DNA from: Octopus vulgaris
Lineage: Eukaryota
DNA length: 64,000 nt
NCBI GenBank assembly: GCA_951406725.2
Contig: OX597833.1
Span: 33,170,001 to 33,234,000, forward strand
Direction: 5' to 3'
The translations under genes and the position numbers were made by a program. The first letter of the stretch is position 1. The number at the start of each line of letters is the position of its first letter. The notes under the pieces were generated by a model. That model saw only the letters and a list, made by a program, of their open reading frames with translations. It was not told the DNA's origin and did no database searches. This document shows positions 42,311-54,849 of the stretch, piece by piece.

Positions 42311-42381
42311 TCACTGCCTGGAATCGAACTCGGAATCTTGGGGTTAGTAGCCCGCGCTCTTAACCACTACGCCATATGCCC
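42309..42381 (-). other. tRNA-derived Pol III head
   Basis: A-box TGGCGTAGTGG, anticodon-like arm GGG-CTACTAA-CCC, B-box GAGTTCGATTCC. Confidence 0.75.
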
Positions 42382-42493
42382 GTTTAGTACTACATTTCTG
42401 CCGCATTTCTCCAACATACATTTCGGGCTCTTGAAGTCATTCTCATCTATGAAATACCTTAGGAATAAGAACCCAAGTTCGACATTTCCCCAA

Positions 42494-42539
42494 GACACCT
42501 GATGAAGGCTGGAGAGTATATCAGCCGAAACGTTGTATT
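42494..42539 (+). ncRNA. Minimal type-I hammerhead motif (inverted arm)
   Basis: GACAC CTGATGA A GGCTG-GAGAGTATAT-CAGCC GAAA CGT T GTATT; palindromic AACGTT. Confidence 0.65.
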
Positions 42540-42829
42540 AACAACAAACAAGATGAGGATAAATATCCGCCAAATGTAAATAATGTAAATAAGGTGCTTA
42601 AAACTAGTTTGGAAAAACAAAATCTATGTAGTGAGAGGGAAGAAATGTGGGACTGTCGGGGTGAGATTCACCTCAGAGGAGGAGATCAAAAATTACACGA
42701 CAGCTACCTTGTTTGGGGAGTATTCGGAATTAGAATGCTCAGCATCCCACCAGTGATAAACATCTGCTAGTTAATGATTGCAATCCCCCTCGACATAGAT
42801 GAGAAAGATCTATCTGCTGCTATTTTCCA

Positions 42830-43250
42830 AGACCCGTCTTTTGATAGCTTCGAGCTCTACTTCTGTGAACCAACGATTTTTTTTTTTATTGCTCTAGTTT
42901 GATCACACAGTCTCTGTTCCGTGAGTTGAAACAATCCCTTTTCCCTCCGATGATCATACATGCGTTTTCCGTAACCCCTAATTTAAGCACCGTTTTCATC
43001 TACCGGGTTGCTCAGGTAGTAACACTCCATGACCACAGCATTAATTTTCTTGCTCCATCTACGCCGTGTGTGGTGGTCCCTTTCTGGATATCGACAGGCT
43101 GGAGCCGGACCAAAAACTCTGAGCCTTCCAGGTGCAACACTGTCACCATCAATGGCTTCAGTTTCATTACCACCGTTATTCACAATATTTTGTTTTTCAT
43201 TGTCACTCGTAAGAGGTAGCGATTATCAGGTTGCGCAATTACCAGTGTTT
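42830..43250 (-). mobile_element. R4/Dong-like element N-terminal fragment
   Basis: RRRWSKKINAVVMECYYLSNP. Confidence 0.55.
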
Positions 43251-43769
43251 TTATTGTGACACCATCACTGGATGTATCATTAATCAGGACATGTGCAGGC
43301 TCCACCCGCTTCCTTTCATTATTATTATTATCATCATCTCTGATATCACTGATATTATTGTTTTTATTTTTTTACTATTTGCCGTTGTTATATTAACAGA
43401 CTCAGAGGTTACACAGGTGGGGGGAAGTGGTAGTAGTGGTAGTAGGGCCTCAGATTCCTGTGCTATCAGAATAATAGAAGTTGTAGTATTAGCAGCTGCA
43501 GTATATTATCATTATGAAATTGTCCATGCATTCTTTTCTTTACCCACCTATTTGCAGATTCATTCGTTTCCAATTGCTTGTACAGTGCTTTATCTTTGCA
43601 CTCTTTCATTCTATACAAGCCTGACCTTCTTAGTTCTCGTAATATTGGTTCTGTTGCATTTTTACATTCCATGCTATGTTGTTTTCTTTTGTTTTCTTCT
43701 CTATTATTCTTATTATCATTATTATTATTATTGTTGTTGTTGTTGTTGTTATCATCATTATTGTTATTT

Positions 43770-44520
43770 AAATGGATAGGGTATTTCTAAGGATGTGGGC
43801 AGTACTTGTCGATACATTCTTTTGGATTTCTCTGAGGCATGGTGCTCCTGAGATCATATCTAGATGTTTCTGACATCCTTTTTATCATGCCTACGGCACC
43901 TAGAATAACAAGAACAGTTCTCGTTTTAAGATTCCACATCCTTTGTATTTCAATTTCCAGGTCCTTATATTTACTTAGTTTGTCAAATTCCTTTACAGAT
44001 ATATTTTTATCAGTGGAAACACATCTATTAGTCTACAAGTATTTTGTTCCCTGTCTTTAATAATTATGTCTGGTCGATTAGCCTGGATCGTTTTGTCAGT
44101 GTTGACTGGAAAATCCCAGAGGATAGTGACATTTTTACCTTCGGATAAGGTTCATACCAGTATGCAGGAGTGTTGATTTTGTAGTGTTTACATATTTTCC
44201 AGTGTAAATATTGTCCTACCCTATCGTGGCGATTTTTGTATTCCTTTCGTATCAGCACAGGACATCCCGAGACAAAATGGTCTATTTTTTTGTCAAATGT
44301 GTCGCAGAATCTGCATTTAGCGTCAGAACCGTTTTGAAGAAAGTTAATCTGCTTTTTTTTTTTTTTTGTGAACAAGCTTTGATCTTGTGCCGTCAATATG
44401 AAACCTTCACTCTCTGCTTTCAGTCCTGAACTTCTCAGCCACTGATGGGTTGTTGCTTAATCTACATCAGCATTTCAACTTCCAAGTATATACTGTCCAT
44501 GCAGAGGCTTCTGGCTCTAC
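43770..44520 (-). mobile_element. Third R4/Dong-like 3' fragment
   Basis: LKAESEGF..AQDQSL, CRFC..IDHFVSGC..YKNRHDRVGQYLHW, KLSKYKDLEIEIQRMW; adjoins (ATT/GTT)n. Confidence 0.8.
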
Positions 44521-46559
44521 CGCTTTTATTTTTATTGTCGCTAACTTAGGTTACATATCTTGTGCTTGTTATGTTATTGCTATATCAAGTGAAAAGAAGT
44601 ATATTTATATATCATGAATATTCTTATTTCCTATTTCACTCTGCTTTCAGTACAGGCATTCATTTCCATCAAGCTATGTAGTTGAAATGGTAAGAGATGA
44701 TTCTTATAACATTAACAGCTGATTTTCTCTTAGAACTTACAAAAAATATGTTTCTAGTTTGGGGAAGAATTACTTAAGTAGAAGTAATATTTCAACACCA
44801 GGAAGAATACTTGTATGTACAAACACAATATTAAGAACATAAACATTGATCTTAATGTAGACATTTGTGGATATGACTGGGCTTTCACATAGCTATTCCA
44901 CCTACTGAAATCAGTAACCGAATCTTCACGTTAAACCCTACCAGCTTAACAAAGGAAAACTCCTACATATAGAGTACACAAAAGACGAGATTATCATGGT
45001 TGGAATGCCATTAGTTATACATCTGTTCGATCAGCATAACTGCAACAATATAATCAAATGACGAAACCTCTACACAGTTGTTTGACCTGCTAGAAACAAC
45101 CACCAAATCCATTTTAACTCATACCCTATATATTGGACCCGATGTAGTTCTGAGTCTGAAAAATAAATGAGATGAAGATCTGCTTTATCAGTACATGTCT
45201 GGGGTTGACAATAGCGTCTGCATCATCTACAAAGAAAAGAGCTACACCATCATCAACAACAACAGCAGCAGTTGCAACAACAACAACAGGTGCAACGTTA
45301 AAACCAACAACAGTAACAGCGGTGGCAGTAATAAACACAGCAATTAAAATCAGTAAAACTGATTCCAGTAATTAAATGGATGAGAAAGAAAAAACCATTT
45401 GCACTTGTAAACGATTGTGTACGGAGACATAAATATGTTAGGAAAATAAAAAGGTCAGCAGCCAGCGAAAAGTAACATTACCAAACGAAAGCATTACAAG
45501 TATAAAACAAGACGAAACTTTAAATGCAACTTCCACCAAACAAGGCCATTTGCGAACTTGTTTTTGGAGGAAGACTTCAAAGATATGATTAAAGATCATT
45601 TCATGTGTCACACGTGCGAGGAAAGAACTCTTTTCCATAAGGAGTCGTTATTTTTCACACGAAAAAGCAGGCAAGAAAAAATAATGCCTTCGAAGCTTCG
45701 CATTCCAGTAATATTAGTGGTGGTATATTCGTTATCGAAATTGTCCTGGTTTTCAGAAAAGATTATAGAATTGTATGGTCTTTAGAAAAGATTTTTGAAA
45801 ACCAGAATAATGACGGTCACAGAGGAAATAATCTTTTGGTTTAACGTTGTTTTTCAGGATCTCATTTAAACCAAGAGATGCTCATTGTTATCTTGTGAAG
45901 AAGTTCCATTTAATTGTAGAGAGAATTCCTTGGCTTGAAATGAACTGAACAATCCATCTTCAAAATCCCAAGCTATCGTATCGAACCTCCCGGTAATAGT
46001 AGAATTACATGAAAAAAACTAACTGAAGTGTTTGTTCTTTGTTTTTGATTTTGTTTTGGGAGGGTGTTTTTTGCTGTTGTTTTTTGGTAGGGGCGACATT
46101 TCCCTAAAGTTTGCGATGCGACTTAAAGGCAGAACACTGAACTCACCAACGTCATGTGCATTTCTAGATTTAGCAATAACCTGTCTAATGTTGTATAATG
46201 CAACAATTTCTGTGACATTTGATTAAGGAAATGTTTCAGAGCAGGCCTTCTTTCAAAATGATCTCGAAGGATTTTTCAATTCGTTTGACTTCCCTTTTAC
46301 ATTCGAAAATGTCGTCATCATACACATCAAAACGCAACCAGAGATGAGGTTTGCAGTAAGTAGTCCATAAAATACTGCGGACGGTTTTTTTTTTTCAAAG
46401 AAGCTCACAATTAAAATCATTTTTTTAAATAACCATAAAGCTTTTCCTGGACACCAGTGCTTGATAGTTATCGTATTTTATCGACCCAAGAATAATGGAT
46501 GTTATAACTGAAATTTTTTGTTGTTATCGTTTATCCCTGCCTTTAACTCTGATTATATT

Positions 46560-48760
46560 GTCTTTTTAGACGTTTCCCATCATAATCAGATATAATCTGC
46601 TCTCAGTAGATTCATTCTCTATGGATCGCCATGGCAGTCGTCCTTGTACATTTCCTGTGTTTGCAGTCTGTCCTTATACATTTACTGATTTGTAGTCTAT
46701 TCAACTCTGGGATTATCTATCCATGTAATATTTTGTTTTCTCCTCTCTCTTCCTTCCTTCATTTAGACTTGACAGTTTCTGTGAACAATTTACCCTAAAT
46801 CAAGAGTTCAGAATATTTGGGTTTTCTCTGATTGTAATGTTCTTCCTTGATACTGATTTTGTTTTTTCGGTTCATTTTCATTTTATAATACATAGTTACT
46901 GGAGTTAAACGGTTCTGTGGACCATCTTTTTTGAGAGTCAATAAAGCATTATTGGCTGTATCACTAAGTTGTTGATGTTCATATCTCTTATTGATATTCC
47001 TCGCATGTCTTCACTTCTCCGAAGATTTCATCCAATTGTTTAAATAGGCTACAGGATAGTATACAACCTTGCCTACTTCTATTCCTAATCTTAAGTTCTG
47101 GTTTTTTCTTCGGTGAGTTCTTATCAACTTTGTTTGCTTCCATACGTATTTATTACAATAATACGCAACAGTAATATGCAACTATAACCTGTGTTTTTAT
47201 AGACATTAGAATATCTAATCTGTTAAATATTTTCGCATAATCTATAAAACATGTAAATATGATTTATATCTAGATCTTTTTTGCAAGTACTTTTAAGTTA
47301 TCTATTTCTTCATAAATTTATGGTCTAAACCACTTTGCAGCTGATTTATTTCTTAATTTATTTCTGATGTAATTCTTTCCTGTATGATTTTCAACAATAA
47401 CTTAGCCACGGGTCTCATTACATTTATAGTGTGGTATTGTGTTTTACGTTTCTTTGGTCATGAAACAAATACAGTTGATATGTGCTCTCTGTTATATATT
47501 ATATTACACAAGTCTATTATTAATTTAGTTTATAGCTATGTAATGCTTATAATACTTTAGTTAATATTTCATCTAATTTAGTCGTCTTTCCATCTTTTAT
47601 GACTTTAATGCCTTTTCTGCTTATTTTAATATTTAGTTTCCGTAACTTTGAAATCGAGCACAGGTGGTCTATTCTCATCATCATACAGATCTTTTAGGTA
47701 TTCAACTCGTCCCGATGCAATGTGATCATGATCAAACAGTAAGCTTCCATCTTTACTTTCAATGTTAGATGTTTATGGTTTCACATGTTTTATCATACGT
47801 TTCTCTGAATTTATACAGAATTTTTAGTTTTTCATCTTAACTTTTTTATCAACCAGCTACTTGGTTTCCCTTTTTCTACATTCAGAACACACCACATTAT
47901 TTAGGCTGTTCTGTCTCTCTTTATCTTTATTCTTGTGCTTTTTACTTCACTTTTTAAAGTTCTTCGTCAGTTTCTTTTTTCTTCTTTTCTTTTCCGACAC
48001 AGTTTTGTTTTGTGATGTTTGCACGCAAGTTTTAATCGCATTTAGTTTCGCTTTTATTTGTACCTTATCAAATGGTTCTTATATTTCTTCTTCAGTGTGT
48101 CAATTTTCCTACTTGTTTCCTATTTCTAAATTATATTTCTGTTTGTATTCTGTCTGCTTGCGCGGGTTTACGTTTAATTATTCTCTTCTTTTAGCCATTT
48201 TCATTTTCTTATGTTTGATAAGTAATTTAATTATCACTGGATTATCCTCTGAATTGATATCTGTTTGAGAGTGTTTTCGTAAGTTTTCACATGGTTTTTA
48301 AAACGCTAGTTTATTTGTGTATAATATTTCCTGGTGGCAGCTGCGTATATTTCTAGTTTATGTGTATAATATGTTTTGGTGGCAGCTGTGTATAATATTT
48401 CTAGTTTATCTGTGTATAATATTTCTTGGTGGCAGCTGCTGGAATAGAGCACTGGTGACTTCTAAATTCTTACTTTGATAATAATGGAGTAGTCGGTTAC
48501 CTTTCTCGTTTCGTTCACTTAATTCGCATGACATTTTTCCCTGCCGATTTTTATCATTAAAATCTTCAGTTACAATTTCAATTTTTTATCTTTGATATAT
48601 TTTACCACATTATGAATGTTGGGGTGAACATTTTCAATCACTTCATCCTACAGTGGAGGTATATACCTGTTTACTGTTTATATTAAAAGCTTTCCTTCTA
48701 GTTGATAGAAGAAAAGATCCTGGCTAAAAACTCTGATTTATTAAAGGGGAATCCTACTTC
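46560..48760 (-). mobile_element. Highly degraded RTE-like LINE
   Basis: Minus-strand remnants of endonuclease motifs (QVYIP, NE.GNRLL) and RT-region motifs; many stops and indels. Confidence 0.5.
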
Positions 48761-50158
48761 CGTATGAAAGATTAGAAAAAATTCCCTTAACTGCAAGTGC
48801 AGTTTTACTATGGAATGTAGGAGTAAATGTATACTGGCCTAAACGGTTAAAGGATGTAAGGCGTCTGCTGAATGAAGCCTAGTTGTTGGATTCAAATATC
48901 TAGCCTTAGAATCGCTGTGCTATTTCGGAAAAGCATAAATTCGAAAGTAGGGACATTATTTTGGGTGCATAAAAACATTATAGGGAGAGAAGTTTGAAAA
49001 CATTCGTGGTGAGATTCCTTTGATTTGTACGTATGAAGCCGTCAAGAAGAATTAGATAAGAGGACAAAATATAAGAAAGTTTCCCTTTTGATACTAACCC
49101 GCCTTAGACCTCTCTTAGTTCTATGACACAGCCCTCTTGTTTTCAAAGCGATTGACAGAATGGATTCCGCTAAAGTTACCCAAGGACTAGGTGGTAATGT
49201 TAAACTGGGTGACATATTAAGTCTCTCCATCCAAGAACTCGTAACTCAAAATACTGCAACGAATACCATAAGACATATCGTCTAACAGTCTAGTAATTCT
49301 GCCAATCCACTGCCTCTGCTAGCATTCTGTTTTATGGACTCTAAAAGGATAAAAAAGCGGAGTTATCCTCGGCATGATTTGAACGCAGATCTCAGAGAAC
49401 CAGAAAAAATATTATATAGTTTTCTATTCAACGCTCTAACAACCTTAACACTTTTTGAGATGACAAATGTAAAACGATGTCACGCTGCAAAATACCATCC
49501 GAGGAACCCTTTTCGCCTTGAATAATAAAGGTTTTACCACATTCACTATGAAAAGCAGTTGATAGGCAAAAACCTTAGAACACCGGGCAAAATTCTTGTA
49601 TTTATTTACAACTCTTTAAGTTATGGGTTCAAATACCGCCGATTTACAATTCATTTACTCTACTTTTCATTCGTTCAAAATCCATAAGAGTATTGTAGTT
49701 GATTTAATTAACGGCTGTGAATATTGTGCTTTAAGATCAGATCAGGAGTAAAATCCAACTGCAACAGTATTCTTGTGAAAAGCAAGAGGAGCGCTATGTT
49801 GTGTTAACTTTAAAATGGTGGTGGGGGTTGGGTGGTGATGATGCTGATGAGGATGTTGGTGGTAACGACGACGATGCTTACTCGTTGTACATCTTAATAT
49901 TGATGCCTATATAATATTTCTGAAAGCCTCTAGATTAAGGTAATGATGGTTTCCTATTCGAAACCTAAAGAAAAAGATAACAACATGTAAGTGAAATTGA
50001 GAGCAATTATTCTGTTTAGTTTCCTATTAAAATGTTTACTTCTTGTTATGTATGTTAAACTTATTAAGAATGGCATTATTTGCCTCCCAATACAATATAT
50101 CTAGAATTTCTCCGTTTACTTATATTTTGATTATTCTTTTTTTTTTATCAGATTCTCC

Positions 50159-50995
50159 ATGGACGGAAATTATTCTTTGATACGTAGTTTCACACTTAAT
50201 AACATTTCTGATATGATAGCTATCTTTGACCAGCTGCAACCAAAAGAAAGAGAACTTTTACGACGACTCAGTAAAAACAATGACCTATCAGATTTCCTCA
50301 GAGAGACAAGGACTTTATATTTCTTCCCGGAATACCGCCTTCACAAGATTTTATTGCTTTATGTATCTCCGTTATTACTCGTTCTCGGAACATTTGGTAA
50401 TATCTTCTCTGTCTTTGTAATGAGACAAAGATCGATAATAAGAATGACAGCTTACGTGTATCTAATCAACCTAGCTATTGCTGATTCAGTTGTACTCTAT
50501 ATTGGCTTGCTTAGACTTTGGATAAGCGAACTAACTGGAATGGATATACGAAATCAAACGTCCTGGCTTTGCAAGCTTGTTGTTTTCTGTGGTTACGTCT
50601 CCAGTGATTTCTCCGTCTGGTTAATTATTGCTGTAACCATTGAACGTTATATTGTTGTCTGTCACCCTCGCAAAGTAAACAACTTTTGCACTGTACAGAG
50701 AGCGAAATGGGTTGTCTGTGGCTTGTTGCTCTTGTTCGTTGCAATCAACATTCACTTCTTTTGGACTATCTCACTAAACGAAAGAAATGTCGACAATAAA
50801 ATCAGCTATTACTGTAGTAGTCGAAAAGATTTTGATTACTTAGTGACGGTGTTGTGGCCGTGGGTCGATGCGTTCCTTTACTGTTTTGTCCCGTTTGGCA
50901 CCATCTTGTCGCTTAACACATTGATCATCCGTCGGATTGTGACTCTCAGCCGTGGAACAATAAAGATGCAAATTGCACAAAGTAATTTGTTACAA
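50159..50995 (+). CDS. Rhodopsin-class GPCR, FMRFamide/peptide-receptor-like; coding exon 1 (TM1-TM5)
   Basis: Acceptor TTTTTATCAG just upstream; TM1 LGTFGN, TM2 NLAIAD, TM3 WLCK..VTIERYIVVCHP, TM5 FVPF..LN; donor CAA|GTAAGT at 50995/50996, phase 0. Confidence 0.92.
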
Positions 50996-51149
50996 GTAAG
51001 TACAATCCAAATAAATTTATCGCTATGCATTATGTTTTATAATCATGTTCGAGTTAACATATTTTTATATTTACAAAATGTAGGGAACATTATGTAGGAA
51101 ACATTAAAAAAACCTACTAGAGATAATCATGGGTTAAGGAATAAAGAAT

Positions 51150-51733
51150 ATTCTTTTCTACTCTAGGTACAAGGCCCGAAATTTTGGGGAAGGGGATCAG
51201 TCGATTAAATCAACCCCAGTACGCAACTGATGCTTAATTTATCGACCCCGAAAGGATGAAAGGCAAAGTGGACCTCGGCGGAATTTGAACTCAGAACGTA
51301 AAGACAGACGAAATACCTATTTCTTTACTACCCACAAGGGGCTAAACACAGAGAGAACAAACAAGGACAGACAAACAGACTAAGTCGATTACATCGACCC
51401 CAGTGCATAACTGGTACTTATTTAATCGGCCCCGAAAGGATGAAAGGCAAAGTCGACCTCGGCGGAATTTGAACTCAGAGCGTAGCGGCAGACAAAATAC
51501 CTATTTCTTTATTACCCACAAGGGGCTAAACACAGAGGGGACAAACAAGGACAGACATAGGTATTAAGTCAATAACATCGACCCCGGTGCGTAACTGGTA
51601 CTTAATTTATCGACCCCGAAAGGATGAAAGGCAAAGTCGACCTCGGCGGAATTTGAACTCACAACATAACGCAGACAAAATACCGCTAAGCATTTCGCCC
51701 GGCGTGCTAACGTTTCTGCCAACTCGCAGCCTT
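51150..51733 (-). mobile_element. SINE with three tandem core units, in the GPCR intron
   Basis: Reverse complement of the 28399 family. Confidence 0.85.
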
Positions 51734-52135
51734 AGGAATAAACGATATTAATTGAGGACTAATAGTATTCGTTTTTAAGGAAACTCCTGACAGTTTTTAG
51801 CATTATCCTGATTTCGTTAGAAGACCATATAGGACACCATATTTTCCAAACAAATGATGAAAGAATATCTAATTAAAATTTACATAAGTTAGCATAGAAA
51901 AAGATAGCATGGTTCAAGGAATGAAATCTTGCTAGTGACAGTTAGTAACGAGGGAGTATTGTATTGAGAGCAGAGAAAAAAGGGAAAACAAAGGAAGAAG
52001 TACAAAAAGGACATGAAGACATGAAGTTCTTAATATATTACATTCTCACGAGTGTAATATTATATCTACATAACACTCCTTGTTTCTCTTCTCTCTGACC
52101 GTTATCTCCTTTCTCCGCTCTCTCACTGTCTCTTC

Positions 52136-52190
<55 letters not shown>

Positions 52191-53638
52191 CCTGCCACTT
52201 CGATCAGTATAACTACGCTCCAGTTCATGGAAAGTTTCTTAAAGGCGCTTCATGTCTGTGAAGGAACATGTGTATTCATATTATAGATACTAATCCACAA
52301 TTTCATGCACCCAAATGTACTAATATTAACGTTTTCGTTTTAATAGTTAAGACTAGTATGTCATTTGCATAATCTAGAGTCTCTGTGGTGGTGTAGCCTA
52401 AAGTGTTAAAGGAGATGAACTTTGCAGATATAAGAGATTATCATGTCTTCAGTCTTGTGACCAAAGAAGCTTGTTAATTGTTGAAATGGTGTGCTTTCTC
52501 GCTTTGAAGTAGATGTCATCAGAACCAATATTAGATAATATTGAGAGAAACTGCATGTTTTTGGTGAATATGATAAGTTGGGTGCAGAGCGACAATCTGC
52601 TGCAGATGAGCTCATTCAAAATGTAGCCGATTAAATTCTGTACATCACTCTAAAATGTTAGAACACGTAGTTTCAGGAAATGATATTGCCAGGTTGTGTT
52701 AGCCATATTCAGCTGCTTGAAATGATTATCAATAATTTTACCTGCAAATGCAAAGAATTGTTATTATCACACGTCTACAAAATCGTCAAAAGAAGGCTAT
52801 ACTCGAGTTTTCGCGGCTATGTCCACCATGTGTAAAGATGGTTTGGGGAAAACATACATAATTTGTAATTATTTTCATTCTGCCTTCTGGCCTTCAAGAA
52901 ACACATTTGAGAAAGTGCACGAAATTGATGCTGATATAGATAGCGATCAAGAATCTAGTAATGTCTTCAACACAGGGAACAGCAATGCCGACTAATTAAT
53001 CTTCATTAAGTTAAATAATGCTGAAGTACAGATGTAAATGGATATTAACAGTAATGTTATCATCTCTAAGGACTTCTGGATAAGACAAAGAACTTATAAA
53101 CCACGATCTTCTAATGCCAGTTATAAAATTTTCGATGGGTCAATGATCAAACTAATGGAAATTTTAGAATCTGTTTTATAGATGTAACTTAAACATGATA
53201 CACACTTAGCATAATTGTCGCTGGTTATCATAAGAAACATGGATGGGATGAATGCGTTGAGATGTTATTGGTATGTCATGTAATGGTATTCATCACACGC
53301 AGTTTGACTAAAACAGTTACTTAAATGATTATAAAGTTGAGTGTTAAAATAAAATCTTAAAATAATGTTTTAAGTTACTCTCTTTACTCTTTACTCTTTT
53401 ACTTGTTTCAGTCATTTGACTGCGGTCATGCTGGAGCACCGCCTTTAGTCGAGCAAATCAACCCCAGGACTTATTCTTTGTAAGCCTAGTACTTATTTTA
53501 ACGGTCTCTTTTGCCGAACCGCTAAGTTACAGGGACATAAACACACCAGCATCCAGCATCGGTTGTCAAGCGATGCTGGGGGAACAAACACAGACACACA
53601 AACATACACACAAACACACTCACAAACACACACACACA

Positions 53639-53713
<75 letters not shown>

Positions 53714-53716
<3 letters not shown>

Positions 53717-54412
53717 ATTAATTAATAAGGGTGAGAGAATTAGATACTAATTTAATAGTATACCTATTCAACACCAAGTGGCCCAGTGCCCCGAGAAACC
53801 TAGATTATTATAATATTTTATAACATATTATAATATTTTATACAAAAATAAATATAAGAGAGTGGTCACTATGTGGCTCACTCTAGCACTAGTAATAGAT
53901 CCAATAGGTTTCAACCACAAAAATACATGTTTCCCATGAAAGTCAGTACGATTGTTAGCTCACACGAACAGGGCAAATAAAAAATAACAAAAATACAGAT
54001 TATTTTGGGACAATTGTTTCGCTATTAATGAATTAAATGTAATTTTACTCACAATAACTCACTTGTAGCTCCTCAGCCAAAACTATCTGGATGAAATCCA
54101 CTCAATCACACGCCAAATTTTACCATAACGATAAATACACGTGTGGTTCAATTGATTACATCCGACGTTATAATTCAAATGCCCCTACCAACAGCGCGCC
54201 AAACTTTCACGGAAACAGATACTACATTTAGAAATAAATGCAGCATAATTATAATTAATTAATAAGGGTGAGAGAATTAGATACTAATTTAATAGTATAC
54301 CTATTCAACACCAAGTGGCCCAGTGCCCCGAGAAACCTGGATTATTATAATATTTTATAACATATTATTATATTTTATACAAAAATAAATATAAGAGAGT
54401 GGTCACTATGTG
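53714..54412 (-). mobile_element. ORF-less hammerhead element, 537-bp unit with 162-bp terminal redundancy
   Basis: 53714-53875 repeats at 54251-54412; hammerhead in the unique part. Confidence 0.8.
54003..54082 (-). ncRNA. Type-I hammerhead ribozyme, canonical core, GUC site
   Basis: TTTTGG CTGAGGA GCTA-(long loop)-TAGC GAAA CAATTG TC CCAAAA; palindromic ACAATTGT. Confidence 0.85.
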
Positions 54413-54583
54413 ACGACGGGCTTCTTTCAGTTTCCGTCTACTAAATCCACTCACCAGGTTTTGGTTGACCCGAGGCTATAGTAAAAGACTAAGGTACCAC
54501 GCAGTGGGACTGAACCCAGAACCATGTGGTTGGTAAGCAAGCTACTTACCACACAGCCACTCCTGCGCCTAAAATTGTGTGAC

Positions 54584-54701
54584 GCTTACAGCACCAGGGT
54601 TTCCCAAGCGGTCACCTATCTAAGTACTAACTAGACTTGACGTTGCTTAACTTTGGTGATCGGACCAAAACCGGTGCTTTCAACGTGATATGGCCGTAAG
54701 C
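54584..54701 (-). pseudogene. 5S rRNA pseudogene or diverged copy
   Basis: GCTTACGGCCATATCACGTTGAAAGCACCGG...CCGATCACC..AGTTAAGC...TTAGTACTTAGATAGGTGACCGCTTGGGAA...GTGCTGTAAGC, 118 nt. Confidence 0.88.
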
Positions 54702-54849
54702 ATATATATATATATATAAGTTGCATATAAATCTGAACAAAACCTAAATATATTCATCCCCTTGCTGTGGTAATACGAAAAGATATGCTAAATAATAGAT
54801 TAATGGATAATGGATAAATGAAAAAGAAGTTGACAGGAGAAAGTGAGTT

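Larger units (their letters stand above)
42066..42594. mobile_element. Short tRNA-headed, hammerhead-bearing Penelope-tail element with an inverted second arm
   Basis: 42090-42381 matches 29248-29518; 42100-42234 is inverted at 42452-42586; TGCTTAAAAC on both flanks (42056-42065 and 42595-42604). Confidence 0.8.
53395..54571 (-). mobile_element. tRNA-derived SINE (20224 family) interrupted in its microsatellite by a hammerhead element
   Basis: 3' half at 53395-53590; 5' half resumes at 54413 (ACGACGGGCTTC...CACTCCTGCGCC). Confidence 0.85.

Noticed and set aside
42309-42381. Functional tRNA gene with ACT anticodon
   Set aside because: Acceptor and T stems are mismatched and it is embedded in a repeat; treated as tRNA-derived
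50996-51097. 3' extension of the 312-aa GPCR ORF
   Set aside because: Read-through into the intron past a strong GTAAGT donor; TM6-7 are in exon 2
52300-53340. Possible DNA-transposon (piggyBac-like) remnant
   Set aside because: No TIRs, TTAA-bounded ends or catalytic motifs could be confirmed
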